DNA of 46,588 nucleotides from Perkinsus chesapeaki ATCC PRA-425 (GCA_013115145.1 JAAPAO010000252.1:1-46588), one strand, 5' to 3'; numbered from the stretch's first letter, positions 32,875 through 44,334 are shown. Notes: generated by a model not told the origin, from the letters alone. Made by a program: numbers and translations.

Positions 32875-34245
32875 TCATAGCAGGTAGCGCACAAAAGTTA
32901 TCCACGTCTCGTCCCCTGAAAACATATAACACAGTATGATGTTACATGGGGATTCCATACTGGACATCTGGTATCTTCGACATCGCTTACTTTTAATTTC
33001 TTCAAATCCTGTCTTTTTATAAAGGGCGATCGCTGGCTCGTTTGTAACTAGTACTATGAGATACATAGCAACAACCTTGGGCATATCCATTCTTATCTGA
33101 GTGAGATATGTTGTGTGGGTGTTATCAATTATGAACTCCCAGAAGTCCTGAACAGGTTGCATCAATGGGACTCACGTCCAGATTTTTTTTCTCTATAAGA
33201 TTAGTGGCGATCCCTTTTCCGCGCCACTTGGTCACCACGAAAATCTGACAAATATCAGCAACTAGCAGCAAAACTGTTGAGAAAGTTGAAGTTCCCCTGC
33301 TATGGCGTAATTTACGCTGCGTAAAATATCGATCGGCCTTCCCGGAGCCCTGATCACCAGCGGAACATCGGTGCTACATCGTACGGAAGTTTGGGCCCCT
33401 GTCACTGTCAGACTGACACTATAGCTCGCCGCAGCATACCACGGCAGAAAGCAATGTACATATCAAAGGCACGTTATTTCATGCGCCAGATACTGAAAAT
33501 GCAGATGTTATACCCTCGATGATATCGTGGTAGAGATAGTAGTCTAAGGACTGATATCACAGTTTAGAACTCAAAGTGCTGCGAAAGTTTCATTGGTAAC
33601 GCGACGAGAAGGCAAAACCCTATTTTAGGGAGATGGAGGGCGGCGAAGTCAACATCAACTCACATAATCAATGTAGCCGATTAGGCCATCCCTTTTTGAG
33701 GGCGGACTGAAATGAAGAAGTGTGGTGAGCCTCACCAGGTGAGGAAGCAGGTGCGGTTATGTGGGCCACACATTGGGGGAAGTGCTTACACTTCAGCCAT
33801 GATGAGCTCCTTCAATTTCGGTCCTATTTCCTTGTCGGGTATATGCATCTCGATAACACCAACAACCGTCTGAAGACAAGTAAATTAATGGGACGCGGTC
33901 TCGTAATTGCATTATAGCCGCCTTATGGCATTTGCCATTAGTCATGGCCCATGACCGACAGCCCAGCGCACCAAGCTCTTCAAATACAATGATAAAACTC
34001 ACGTGTGGACTATCCGACTTGTCTATGGCCACGTAGCATATCTCATCGTGGTCAGCGCAATCATACACGGGTCCCGATTTCAGCTTGTCACCATCTTGAT
34101 AGTCCCTGTAGATGATGTCATTCTGTTGGAGCTGCTGCTGTATGGGATCGGAGAAACCGGTGAGATTGTATAAACGAACTGCATCTCCTTTGATGAGACC
34201 AACAGCAACAGCACTGAAGAATAGCATACTCAAAGTGGGGTTCAT
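32875..34245 (-). CDS. GNAT acetyltransferase with N-terminal signal peptide, copy 1 (193 aa, 6 exons)
   Basis: Exons 34003-34245, 33790-33869, 33664-33706, 33176-33244, 32991-33096 and 32875-32915 are all GT-AG and in phase. They give ...CYVAIDK..TVVGVIEM..GYIDYIFVVTKWRGKGIATNLI..NEPAIALYKKTGF.. Confidence 0.88.
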
Positions 34246-36066
34246 TTGATTGAAAGCCTCTAAGGTGACTTCGCTGAAAGGAAACCCTGAGCATTCATCC
34301 GTGAGCTAGCTGAGGAGGGAGAGTCAAGTGCAGCGAGCATGTTCACTATTATTCAGTAATAATCACTATTCAGGGTCGTTACGACCCTAAAGTTCAGGGC
34401 CTGAACAAAGTACGGCACTCTTTGTTATTGTGAATCGGGCTCTGATGTGTTGTATGCAGAAATTCCGGTTTTTAAAACGCAAGCGTCCTCACAAGATGGG
34501 TCAATAGTAGATGTGTCAAACAGTGAACCACTAACAATTCCTTGTCACGACATCAACTTTCTCAACTAAATGATGAATACTACTAGCCGTACAGCGTGGC
34601 GCAGCAAACTGTCTCCACAGGTGAACGGATGCACATACAGCGTCTAGTTTCAGAAATAAGCCGGGAAGTCGAAAAGCGAGAAAAATGATTGTCAATATTC
34701 CATTCCCAGGGAATAAGGGAAGATTGCCGGGAAGAATGTGGGAAGGAAGGGAAATTTAGCCACGCTGCAGGACGCGAAGTTCTGCTCGAAAGGAGCGTAA
34801 GCTCACTTCGGAGCCCCCGGAGCGGGAGGTTCCGGCGGAACCGTTCAGCATTCACTAGGAAACCTGCTAGCCCCAGCTGTGCTCGTGCAAAGCGCGTGGC
34901 CTACGAAGTACCGTCGGCTACTAATAGTAGCCTACCATATGGAACAAACGTACTGACGAACCTTTGTCGGGAGTTTCAACTTGAAGCTTACAAAGCTCAG
35001 AGGGAGCCGCTCCGTTACGGAGCGCTATCCTGGAGCGCTCCCCGATTAGAAATCCTAATTTAGATCTCGGCGGCATTTATGTGGCTGAATCGGTCGGGCT
35101 GATGTGACCCGGGTTTCCCACTGGAAGATAGGGAACTAACACGTCAATCTTTCATCGATGTTTGTTCATGACAGCTCATGCTGTGTCAACTTGATATCGA
35201 TCAAGAGAGAGCGAATATTCAGACACCGCAGTGTTGGTGTTGCTGGCCGAAAGCTTCCTGCTCATCGTGCTAAATTAGCGTTGCTAATCGTTGGAATAGT
35301 ATATTGTGGATGAATAGATTGTCAATTTTCCTTCCTAGATTTACGGAAACGTGATAATCGTATTGTAGTTTCTCCACGTCGTTACGAGTTGGGACTTCCA
35401 ACCAAATCTGCTCGACTTTAACAATAGAAGTAGACGGCTCTCTATGTAATAACCACCCGGCAGTCAGGGCCACCACTCTTAAACTCACGAGTCAATCATA
35501 ATCCGTCAGATTCATTAATAAGATAAAATTCAGACTGAGAGCATGAAGGATTGGAACGGAGTAGGGAGCTGACATGAGCACACTCAGAATCTCCACTCTG
35601 AGCCACTTGAACTCGTTATGGAGCTTACTATTTGAATATTTAGCTGTGGGGATTCTAAAATTACTATCAGACGGGTAACAATACGTGTTATAATTAGATC
35701 GTGGGGATTGGAAGAATCTCTCTCCTATATAGAGCAGCACCCAGATGACATAAATGGTCACTCAGGTTAACTCCTTAAGCTCCTGGTGTATCTCGTAAGT
35801 AACCCAGTTTAGTTGATTAGCCGCTTAGAAGTCAAGCCACTGCACTCAACGCATCGCCGTGGAAGTCTTTGGGAAAGCTTGATCAAAAAAGCCTTCATTA
35901 TTAGCCTTTTCGATAACCATTCATTCTACCTGTATCGTTACATACTCAAGTTGATAAGTTGCCTTAATATAAAATATGATAATCGAAACCCACTGTTCGC
36001 TACGCTTGTTGTGAAGTGTAGGATCAAGAAGGTTTCACAAACGCGATATAGTGTAACTCATGACCT

Positions 36067-37364
36067 TCATAGCAGGTAGCGCACAAAAGTTATCCACGTC
36101 TCGTCCCCTGAAAACATATAACAGAGCATGATGTCTCAATATTGGTATCCCCGACATCGCTTACTTTCAATTTCTTCGAATCCTGTCTTTTTGTAAAGAG
36201 CGATCGCTGGCTTGTTTCTAACTCGTACTTCGAGAGAGATAGCAACAACCCTGGGCATCTCTTTTATCTGAGTAAAATAGGATGTGTAGGTGTTATTGAT
36301 TACGAAGTCTAGAAGTCCTGAATACGTTGCACTAATGGGACTTACGTGTGAAAATTTTTTCTCAATAAGATTGGTGGCGATCCCTTTCCTCTCCCACTCA
36401 GGTAGTACCTTGACCTGACAAATATCAGCAATTGACAGTGACACTTTCAAGAGAAAAAAGTTCAACTCTTAGAATAAATCCCTTGGAATAACGGAAAATC
36501 GCGATCAGCGTTTCCTGACCCCTGGTGGCCAGCGGAACATCGGTGCTACATCGTACGGAAGTTCTGGCACCTGTTACTTTTAGACTGACGCTATAGCTCG
36601 CCGCAGCATGCCATGGCAAACCGCAATGGAATGTACATATCGAAGCCACATTATCTTTCGCGGGAAATCTGAACATACTGGCGTTATAACCTCAATGGGG
36701 TGGTGGTGAAAATCGTCAGTGGCTTTAGATCTAACATCACAGTTGAAGTGCTGCGTCAGTTTTTAGGGAGGCAGATGGAAAGCAGCGAATTCAACTCACA
36801 AAATTTATGTAGCCGATTATGCCGTCCTTTCTTGAAGGTGGACTGAAATAAAGAAGTGTGGTGAGCCCCACCAGGTGAGGAAGCAGGTGCGGTTATGTGG
36901 GCCGCACCTTGGGGGAAGTGCTTACACTTTAGCCATGATGAGCTCCTTCAATCTCGATGTTAGGTAGGGGTCGGGTATATGCATCTCGATAACACCGAGA
37001 ACCGTCTGAAGGTATGTGAATTAATGAGATGCGGTCGCGTGATTGCATTATAGCCGCCTTAGCCATGGCCCATGACCGAGAGTCCAGTGCATTAAACTCT
37101 TCACAGAATGATAAAACTCACTTGGGGACTGTCCGACTTGTCTACGGCCACGTAGCATATCGCATCGCGTTGAGCGCAACCAAGCACAGGTCCAAAATTC
37201 ATCTTGTCACCATCTTGATAATCCCTGTAGATGATATCATCCTGTTGGAGCTGCTGCTGTTTGGTATCGGAGAAACCGGTGAGATTGCATAAGCGAACTA
37301 TATCTCCTTCGATGAGGCCAACAGCGATAGCACCGATGAATAACATACTCAAGGTGGGGTTCAT
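36067..37364 (-). CDS. GNAT acetyltransferase with N-terminal signal peptide, copy 2 (192 aa, 6 exons)
   Basis: Exons 37122-37364, 36926-37005, 36800-36842, 36346-36414, 36165-36267 and 36067-36107 have the same phases as copy 1. Motifs GYINFVKVLPEWERKGIATNLI and SLEVRVRNKPAIALYKKTGF. Confidence 0.88.
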
Positions 37365-39453
37365 TTGATTGAGAGCTGGGCTAGCTGAGTAGGGGCAGTC
37401 AATTGCGGACTCTCATGCGGTGTCATTTCTATTATGACACCACCTTGTCGTGTTATGGTTCCCAGGACACAAAACTTCTAGCAGCTGCTTCACGCACAAA
37501 TAGACAAGCATGACAAACGGTCACCGTCGGTGACTCACCTTTAGTTCTCTATGCACGCCCTGCTATTCACCCGTGCCGTACTCCCATTTTTTGCACCACA
37601 CATATTAGTCTGAGCCATATCCATCGTTTGCTCGTTTCCTGAAGTGAATTCCACACAGCGGTCCACACACAGAGTCAATAATGAAGTGTTTCGGAGTAAA
37701 CAGTAGTGTAGTGTTTCTCGGTCACACACGCATGCGCATCGGCGAGATGTCACGCTTACTTGTAAGAACCTCATGGTGAGAGTTAGTGTCGGTAATGCAT
37801 CCAAGCTTTGATTGTCATCTTTCTTGACCCACCCTACTCTCACCCCTACTTAGAGGAATTAGGGAATGTCCAGCTCGTGACATGATTGAGAATATCTTTT
37901 TGATATTACCTGTATCATTCTGTCTGATGAGCTGTTCGCTTTCCGTGATGCGATCTCACCTTCCCATTGTCTTGAGTAGCTAGTTCGCGGACGAACAGCC
38001 AGGATTTTAGAGAGGTGCCGACAGCCTCCTCGAGAGAGAGTAACGGGTACGGCATTCTGTCCCAACCTGACCACTGTTAACTGACCATTAGGAGCGTACT
38101 ACAGTGCAACAGTGGCTGACAGACCTAGTCAATCCTGTAAAGAGTAGCTTCACGCGTAGGCATGCAGGCCCAAAACCAGCAGCTGGAACTAATATCATGT
38201 TTCGGTGCTACCCAAGTCTGGTCGAGATGGCATAGTCAAACCCGTTTCGCGCACAAGTTATTTTGGCGTACAGTATCACAATAATGAATAACAGAAGGCT
38301 CGTTTCCATCTGAAGCTACAAGTGGCTTGTAGGTAAGCGAGTCGGTACCGTAGGAGCTTAGCAAACTTAACAACTGAGCCATGGGCCGAGTGCATCAGGT
38401 GGACGCTAGGAATTTGAGCACACGAGTTGTGACAGTTGTGGGCACAATTGTGAGAAAACAAATGGACGCGGATAAAGTCAGAAATAGGGACAGAATAGCA
38501 TCAGCACAGCAAATATGTTGTGCTACACAGCGTTCGCCCAAGGGCCGTTACCGCACAGTGTTAGGGTGGAGACATGCCGGTAGCGGCATGTCTAATACCT
38601 CAACGATATATATTGTCCGGCACATTATTATATCTGTGCCGACAGTGATTGCCAATGACAATTCGCCATATGGTATTGAGGCTGGCAAAGAATCGGTCAG
38701 CATCAGACATAACTTTGATGTATTGTCGGTTATCTCTCAAGTTGAGGGTCGCAACTCCGTGAGCTTATCTGAGCGGGCGCCAATCTGAAATAACACTCGG
38801 TCTTTTGGCTCCACTCGCGACAGGGCGTAATTGATTAGTATTAGTGACTAACAGTTAGCCAGAGTGCCAAGAATAGGATAATCTCACGAGTGTTGAGTTG
38901 ATCAGAACACTTGGAGTAATTGGATTGGTGTTATGAAGTCAAGTGGCACCGGTGCGTTCTGACTCCAAGTTGAAACTGAGCTTAGATGTGATGAGCAAGG
39001 TTCATACATTGGAGAGCTCATTGGACTTAGTTTACAACTCCGAGACTCGTACCGGCTTCAAGGTTCTGAGGCGGCCAACCGAGCCACGACTCCTAGAGGC
39101 AGCTTTTCAAGTCCCCTCGAGCACAGGACTGTCATGATCAAGTCTTTCTAAACGTTCAATCGCGTGTGCCAAGCCACCGCTAAAAGTGGTCGTGTGCTTG
39201 GTAACCATGTTCAAGCTGGATTTCAGCTACAGGGTGAGAACTTCTAGTACAAAGTGATTGGGACGAAATCCGAGAATCCATTACCAGCCGGCGCGTGAAG
39301 AGCATTGTTGGGTATCGGAACAAGACTCTGAGAACTCAACACTAATGCCACTGAAAAAGGCAGAGTAGATTTTCTAGTGGGACAGTTATTCTGGTGAGAG
39401 TTAGGCAATAAGGGTAGGTGATGGATTCACCCGCAGCTGGAAGTTGTCAAGAT

Positions 39454-39816
39454 TCAGCAAGCGCATGGAATATCTGTACCATGACAAACGTTTGGGAGCT
39501 TATAAGTCATACAGAAGCTACCAGGCTGCTTGGAGGCACAAAAGGCATCGCACGCTCTACCAGTTGTAACAGCTCCTTCGGTCGTCGTAGTGGACGGCAA
39601 AATGGTGGGGGCACCAGTAGGTTGCATGCTTGTCGAGACTTCAGTACAACTGCATGCCGCTGTTGTGCCAAAACAGACCGGAGGATCTTGCCAGTATTTA
39701 CAGTACGACGCCGGATTGATGCTTTCACAGTAGGCATCGCAAGTTAGATCGTTAGTGGCGAAGACGGTTGACGAGAGGAAGAGAGAAAATATCACGATGA
39801 AGTTGGCATGGACCAT
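39454..39816 (-). CDS. Small secreted cysteine-rich protein (120 aa): signal peptide, two 6-Cys modules and a Thr-rich linker
   Basis: MVHANFIVIFSLFLSSTVFA, then CDAYC..SYC..PVCFG..CSC, the linker PSTTTTE, and CDAFC..SFC..NVCHG..CAC*. Both modules have spacing Cx3Cx8Cx8Cx6CxC. Confidence 0.85.
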   Translation of the reverse strand: MVHANFIVIFSLFLSSTVFATNDLTCDAYCESINPASYCKYWQDPPVCFGTTAACSCTEVSTSMQPTGAPTILPSTTTTEGAVTTGRACDAFCASKQPGSFCMTYKLPNVCHGTDIPCAC

Positions 39817-40457
39817 TATTAAGAACAATAAATCAAACAATCTATCACAGATTGATATCGTGAAGTCATCAATGTACATAAAGCATCTTAGTTGTGATAG
39901 TTTATTTTTATAGCCTGCTTGTGCAGTCTGTGCAGTCGCCATGTAACACACTATTTGTCTTCCTGTCTTAGTAGAGTGCTCCAGGTGTCTGTCGGCAAAC
40001 AGTATGCTCCTGGAGTACTGTCTCTTAGAAAGTGAACGAGCGATGTTACCAGCAGCGACTGGCTACCGTTGTTCATAATCGTGTGGGATTAAACGGGTCA
40101 ACTTTTCCTCAAATTCGGTCATCGTCTCTACGGGTGACCCCTGGGCCCAGAGACGTTTTCTGAGGCATCTGTCCGAGTTAGTGTGAATCTCGTAGGGCAT
40201 ACCGTCCCCATCCTCTTATTTCCCGACATGTTTCTTAGTTTCTTATTGCCATGTTTATCTTAGCTCTCTTGAGAGCTTTCGGAGGAGCCCGCGCAAATGT
40301 GCGACTGCATGATCTTTGACAGGTAGCAATGTTCACTAGCTTTGACAACTCAATACTTATTCAATGAAGAAACGTAAGACAGTTATGGTTCAACTTGACG
40401 TAAAGGTAACAGCACAATAACAGTGACCATGATGATAGCGGTGAATCAATCAGTATC

Positions 40458-42762
40458 TTAGCCCAAGTCAGGGGTCACAATAACGCGTCCGGCAACTTGT
40501 CCCAGGAAAGCCGCCTCCAGATCGCTAGCACACACGCACATAACCTGATTACAGAAATGATCTCCATTGCCAGATCGATTCTCCCCCTGAATCGCCCCTT
40601 CACAGTACACATAGTAAAACAGAGAAGGAACCCCAATAGCAAATTATCATTCAATAACGACATAATGCAACTGCTGAACGCAGAAGTGATAGCAATCGTA
40701 ATGCAACTAAATTCCTATGACAATCTGAGGGACACAAACGATTATCTATCTCACCTGCTGATCGAAATATGTTTCACTTCCTTGGTCCAACTTAAACCTG
40801 GCATTCCCAATCTTCATCATCACTTTGCCAGACCTACACTCACCCATGAGCTCCCCTCCTCCTCCAGTTGGCTTACTTGTAAATCTCCAAAGTGCCAATG
40901 CGTCCATCAGGTATATCAGTCAGCGGCGTCACAGCGTTCGCCGCACTATCGTCGACCACCTTAGGCGCCTAACGAGCCATCCACAGCCAGTTCAAAAGCT
41001 CTCGTACATGTTTCTTATTGTCACATGGTTCCTCCTCAACGAGCTTGGGCAGCAGCTGCGGAAGTTGTACCAAAAGGAAGCTATCTTCTCTAAACTCACA
41101 GTCCTCATCGACGACTGCTGTCTTGCCCGCTTGGAGATGCTAAACACTAACCGTTCCGACAATCCCGGCTCATCCGTGCTACGCCCGTTTCAGGATTCTC
41201 GTTGGTCAACATGAACATCTTCGCTGCGTTACGATTTTTCTCATCGATGTTGAGCAGAGTCGGTCGCTTAGGCTTGCCCTTGTTCTCCTGATTCTCCTCC
41301 TCGTCCGTGGACTTCAAGTCGGTCATCTCCCTAATAGCAATCTTCTGCTCCTAGTAGCTTGGCCATCTCCTTACTTGGTCTGGAAATACGGTATGCCTAT
41401 CGGTCGATAGGTGAGATCATTTTCATCACCGAATGCGATGTCCGACACACCTTTACTTTTGCCTGAGACAGGGAGGCAGATAGACAATCTAGCCTTAAAA
41501 TGCGTTACCAATGCTGAGATATAATAGAAATCCCACTCGATGATGTTAAAGACAAAAATGAGGGCCGTAAAGTGCATTCCCTCTTAGGCTCAACATATGA
41601 TGTTGCTCTATGATTCTCTGGTAAGCATTATTGTGCCAGAGGCGAAACTAATACTCGAATGCCGACAGCTGAAGAACCCGTGTTGGACTGTGAACGTGTA
41701 GTCTCATGCATATCTTGGCGGAAAAATCCAATAAAAATTATCAATTTCACATTATCGATTTTTATTAGGAATATTATAAGGATATAATTGGGCTCATTTT
41801 TGAAAGGCTCACGAATACTCCAACGCGGATTACGGCATCACCAGTTGCCTGTAGGCCGCGAGATTCATTCGCAAGTACGCAATTCCCACATCAAAGCGAG
41901 TGTGGCGTGGTACAGTCTACCTTCTATATTACCTCTGTGACCCTCCTGCTTTTTAGGTTTAACGAACCACTGTGATCCGATGATTTGCTGAGCTGAAGTA
42001 AAGATACGCCCCAGTTCGCAGCCGGGAGATTTCTTTGCTACATCGGCCGACTGCTGAGTTCTGACTTTGTTTCATCTTGGCCATCTGATCGAAGCTCATT
42101 CCCATCGCCTGAGCCTGGCGCCGCTGAAGCTGTTGTCTGAATAGAACAGATGGAGTAAGGAAAAGAGCTATCATGAATCTTCTAAGGATATCTTGAAAGA
42201 TACAAAATAGGTCGGGTTACATTCCAGCACCACACACACCGATCGACCACATCCCAAACTTGACGCGGATCTCGTAAACCCAGTGTGAAGTGCTACTTCT
42301 TATCCGCCATCAATAGCAGTTGCTTAGCGCTGGCTCCTCGCCCAGCTCCTGTTCCCTCCTCATCCTCTGCCTTCGCCGCAGCGGCCACTAGCTGCTCGTA
42401 TTCAGCCTTGTCTGTCTGTCGCGGCTTAGATGGAGCGAACTGAAAGGGCGTGTGATACACTACTCGTTTGACCAAGTTTCACAATACCAAGCTCTTAGAG
42501 TGAAAACTCACAGAATTTATTAACGTGAGAGGTCGGTTGAAAGTTTAACCTCTTTTTATGGCTCCACAGTTTAATGCACTTCATCCCCGTAACAGACAAT
42601 TTTCAAATGTTCGACTGCTCCCTTACTAGATACCCTTTTCCTCAAGAACTGCGGCTGGCTCTCCGTCTGTGGTTCTGACTTTATCGATGAAAGTCTTGTA
42701 TAGGGCCGAAGGGGCACGGCATGGCGTCGCGAGGGAGGAGTTGGAGGCCGATTGCCACTCAT
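40458..42762 (-). CDS. RPC4: RNA polymerase III subunit RPC4/C53-like, multi-exon; the 5' part is less certain
   Basis: The C-terminal RPC4 signature is spread over exons: FLLVQLPQLLP, IPDGRIGTLEIYK, KIGNARFKLDQGSETYFDQQ and FLGQVAGRVIVTPDLG*. N-terminal RLSSIK...FQFAPSKPR resembles the C53 start. Confidence 0.72.
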
Positions 42763-42934
42763 CAACTCAACGAAATAGATCAAACCCAAGCCTGAGAAAT
42801 TCCCCTCCATGACATTCCCTCATAATACTACACACAACAACAAGCAAGAAGTAAGGCAGAGACAATGTTATCTGCAGTAAATCTCCGCCCAACAGTTTTT
42901 GACGTGAATCGCTTGCCACCACCAGTGTAGGAAC

Positions 42935-44206
42935 TTATACGCAGAGTCGGTAGGTGACGTATCTTCCAGCCGTTTCAGAGGGTCGAATGATCTTCATAAC
43001 TTGTCCCTTTTTCAGACCGTAGTACCTGCCATCGCCCTCACGGCTGGCCATGGTGCCCCAGTTCTACCTTGCGACTGGATCGGAGCTCTGTATCCTAGGC
43101 AGCTGGTTCTCCTTCACCTTGTATCTCTCCAGTAGCAAACGCTTCTCCTAAAGGCACTCGAAGTTCCTCCTACAGACGAGCGTGGGTCCAACCTCCGGCA
43201 ACAAGGGCTTGTGTTCCGGAACGAGCTCGTGATGAGTTATGTTCACGACCAACTCCGACTCGTTGAACACCTCGATCTCCATCTGGGGACTAGCCTCTTG
43301 AATCTGCGGAAAACAATGGCCGGATTTGCAGGCCCTCAGACGTACCGCAGTCTTGGCGAATGCAGTCAAGGGCTGCTGGACGACAAGAATGGCACGAGAG
43401 AGCCTCTGCTCCTCCATTTTCAGGGCCAAACTGAGGGAGGAGAAATGATATGATAGGTAGGGGGGCAGTACGTTCTGATGGGCTTCACGCCGACACGTTT
43501 GTTCTCATCGGGGAAGAATACGATGAGCTGGTCGCTCGGGTCGTCTTGCTTTGAGACCTGTTGAGTGGATGGGGCAGAGGGCGGAAAGGAGGGTATAGTA
43601 CCAGAATAATAAGATCGTGGCGACCACCTTTTCTTTCTTGAATCTCATTCCACTGTTGGGCAAAGGACTCCTTGGTCTCATTCAAGTACCTGTTAGGAGA
43701 GTGGGATGGTACAATATAAGTTGGTTAGGGAAAGGAGCGGTATTAAACGAGACGACTTAACCGTAGCTTCTAGCTAGCTCCGGAGCTTGGAGCTAGCAGT
43801 CAGCTACGGTGCATCCCGGTGACTCTTCAGGCACAGATTCTCCCCATCAAGATGGAAATAGGTTCCTCTATGGTTAAGAAAATTTTAGTGGCGCGTAGAT
43901 GGAATGGCAAATACGGATCTATTATGATTATTATTTCTGACGGCTATGTTATGATATATTCGTCACAAAGCCCTCAGAGCGGGAAGAAGAACCAGGAAAA
44001 CACCTCCTACTGGGTTCAACATTCAACGTTCCTCTAACCCTTCCCCGACCCGATATCAGATCCGTTCCAATTTTTTCCCGCTTTTTTCCGGTGCTCCTGT
44101 ATTACTTCTGTGCCACTACATATCCTCTATCCTGTAGGAGCTCGAAGATGGTCTTACGCACCCGCCACAGACGGATTGTCGCGTCGTCGATGGGCCCAGA
44201 CGACAT
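42935..44206 (-). CDS. RPB5: RNA polymerase I/II/III shared subunit RPB5 (RPABC1), multi-exon
   Basis: [18 protein letters not shown] (exon 44106-44206), [19 protein letters not shown] and [42 protein letters not shown]. Confidence 0.97.
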
Positions 44207-44334
44207 TTCGAGGAGAATTGAGATCGATTGCTTGGGCGCACGCTAAATGAAAACAGAGGGATCCACTCGACTTTGCGTGTCAGCTTTTTGCTAGCAATAT
44301 GGAATCTGATAAGAAGCATCAGTACTTATCAATA

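Larger units (their letters stand above)
32479..37375. repeat. Direct segmental duplication (about 32479-34255 and about 35666-37375) carrying the GNAT gene
   Basis: Colinear shared blocks run from atcagacgggtaacaatacgtg (32479 and 35666) through the start codon. About 400 bp at the 3' end is nearly identical. Confidence 0.9.

Noticed and set aside
33793-34245. Stand-alone 150-aa secreted protein, as listed in the ORF track
   Set aside because: It is exon 1 plus intron read-through of the six-exon GNAT gene; the paralog stops inside the same intron.
38570-38593. 10-bp stem with 4-nt loop (agacatgccg/cggcatgtct)
   Set aside because: It is isolated, and roughly one such stem is expected by chance when loop size is free.
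37400-39400. Assorted 60-135 aa ORFs in the gene-poor interval
   Set aside because: There are no domains or paralog support; they are consistent with random ORFs at this GC content.
43786-43810. Resemblance to the Perkinsus/dinoflagellate spliced leader (ACCGTAGC...GCTC.AAG)
   Set aside because: Only the first 8 nt match exactly, which is expected by chance in this much sequence. There is no following GT donor or Sm site, and no convincing SL relic upstream of the intronless genes either.
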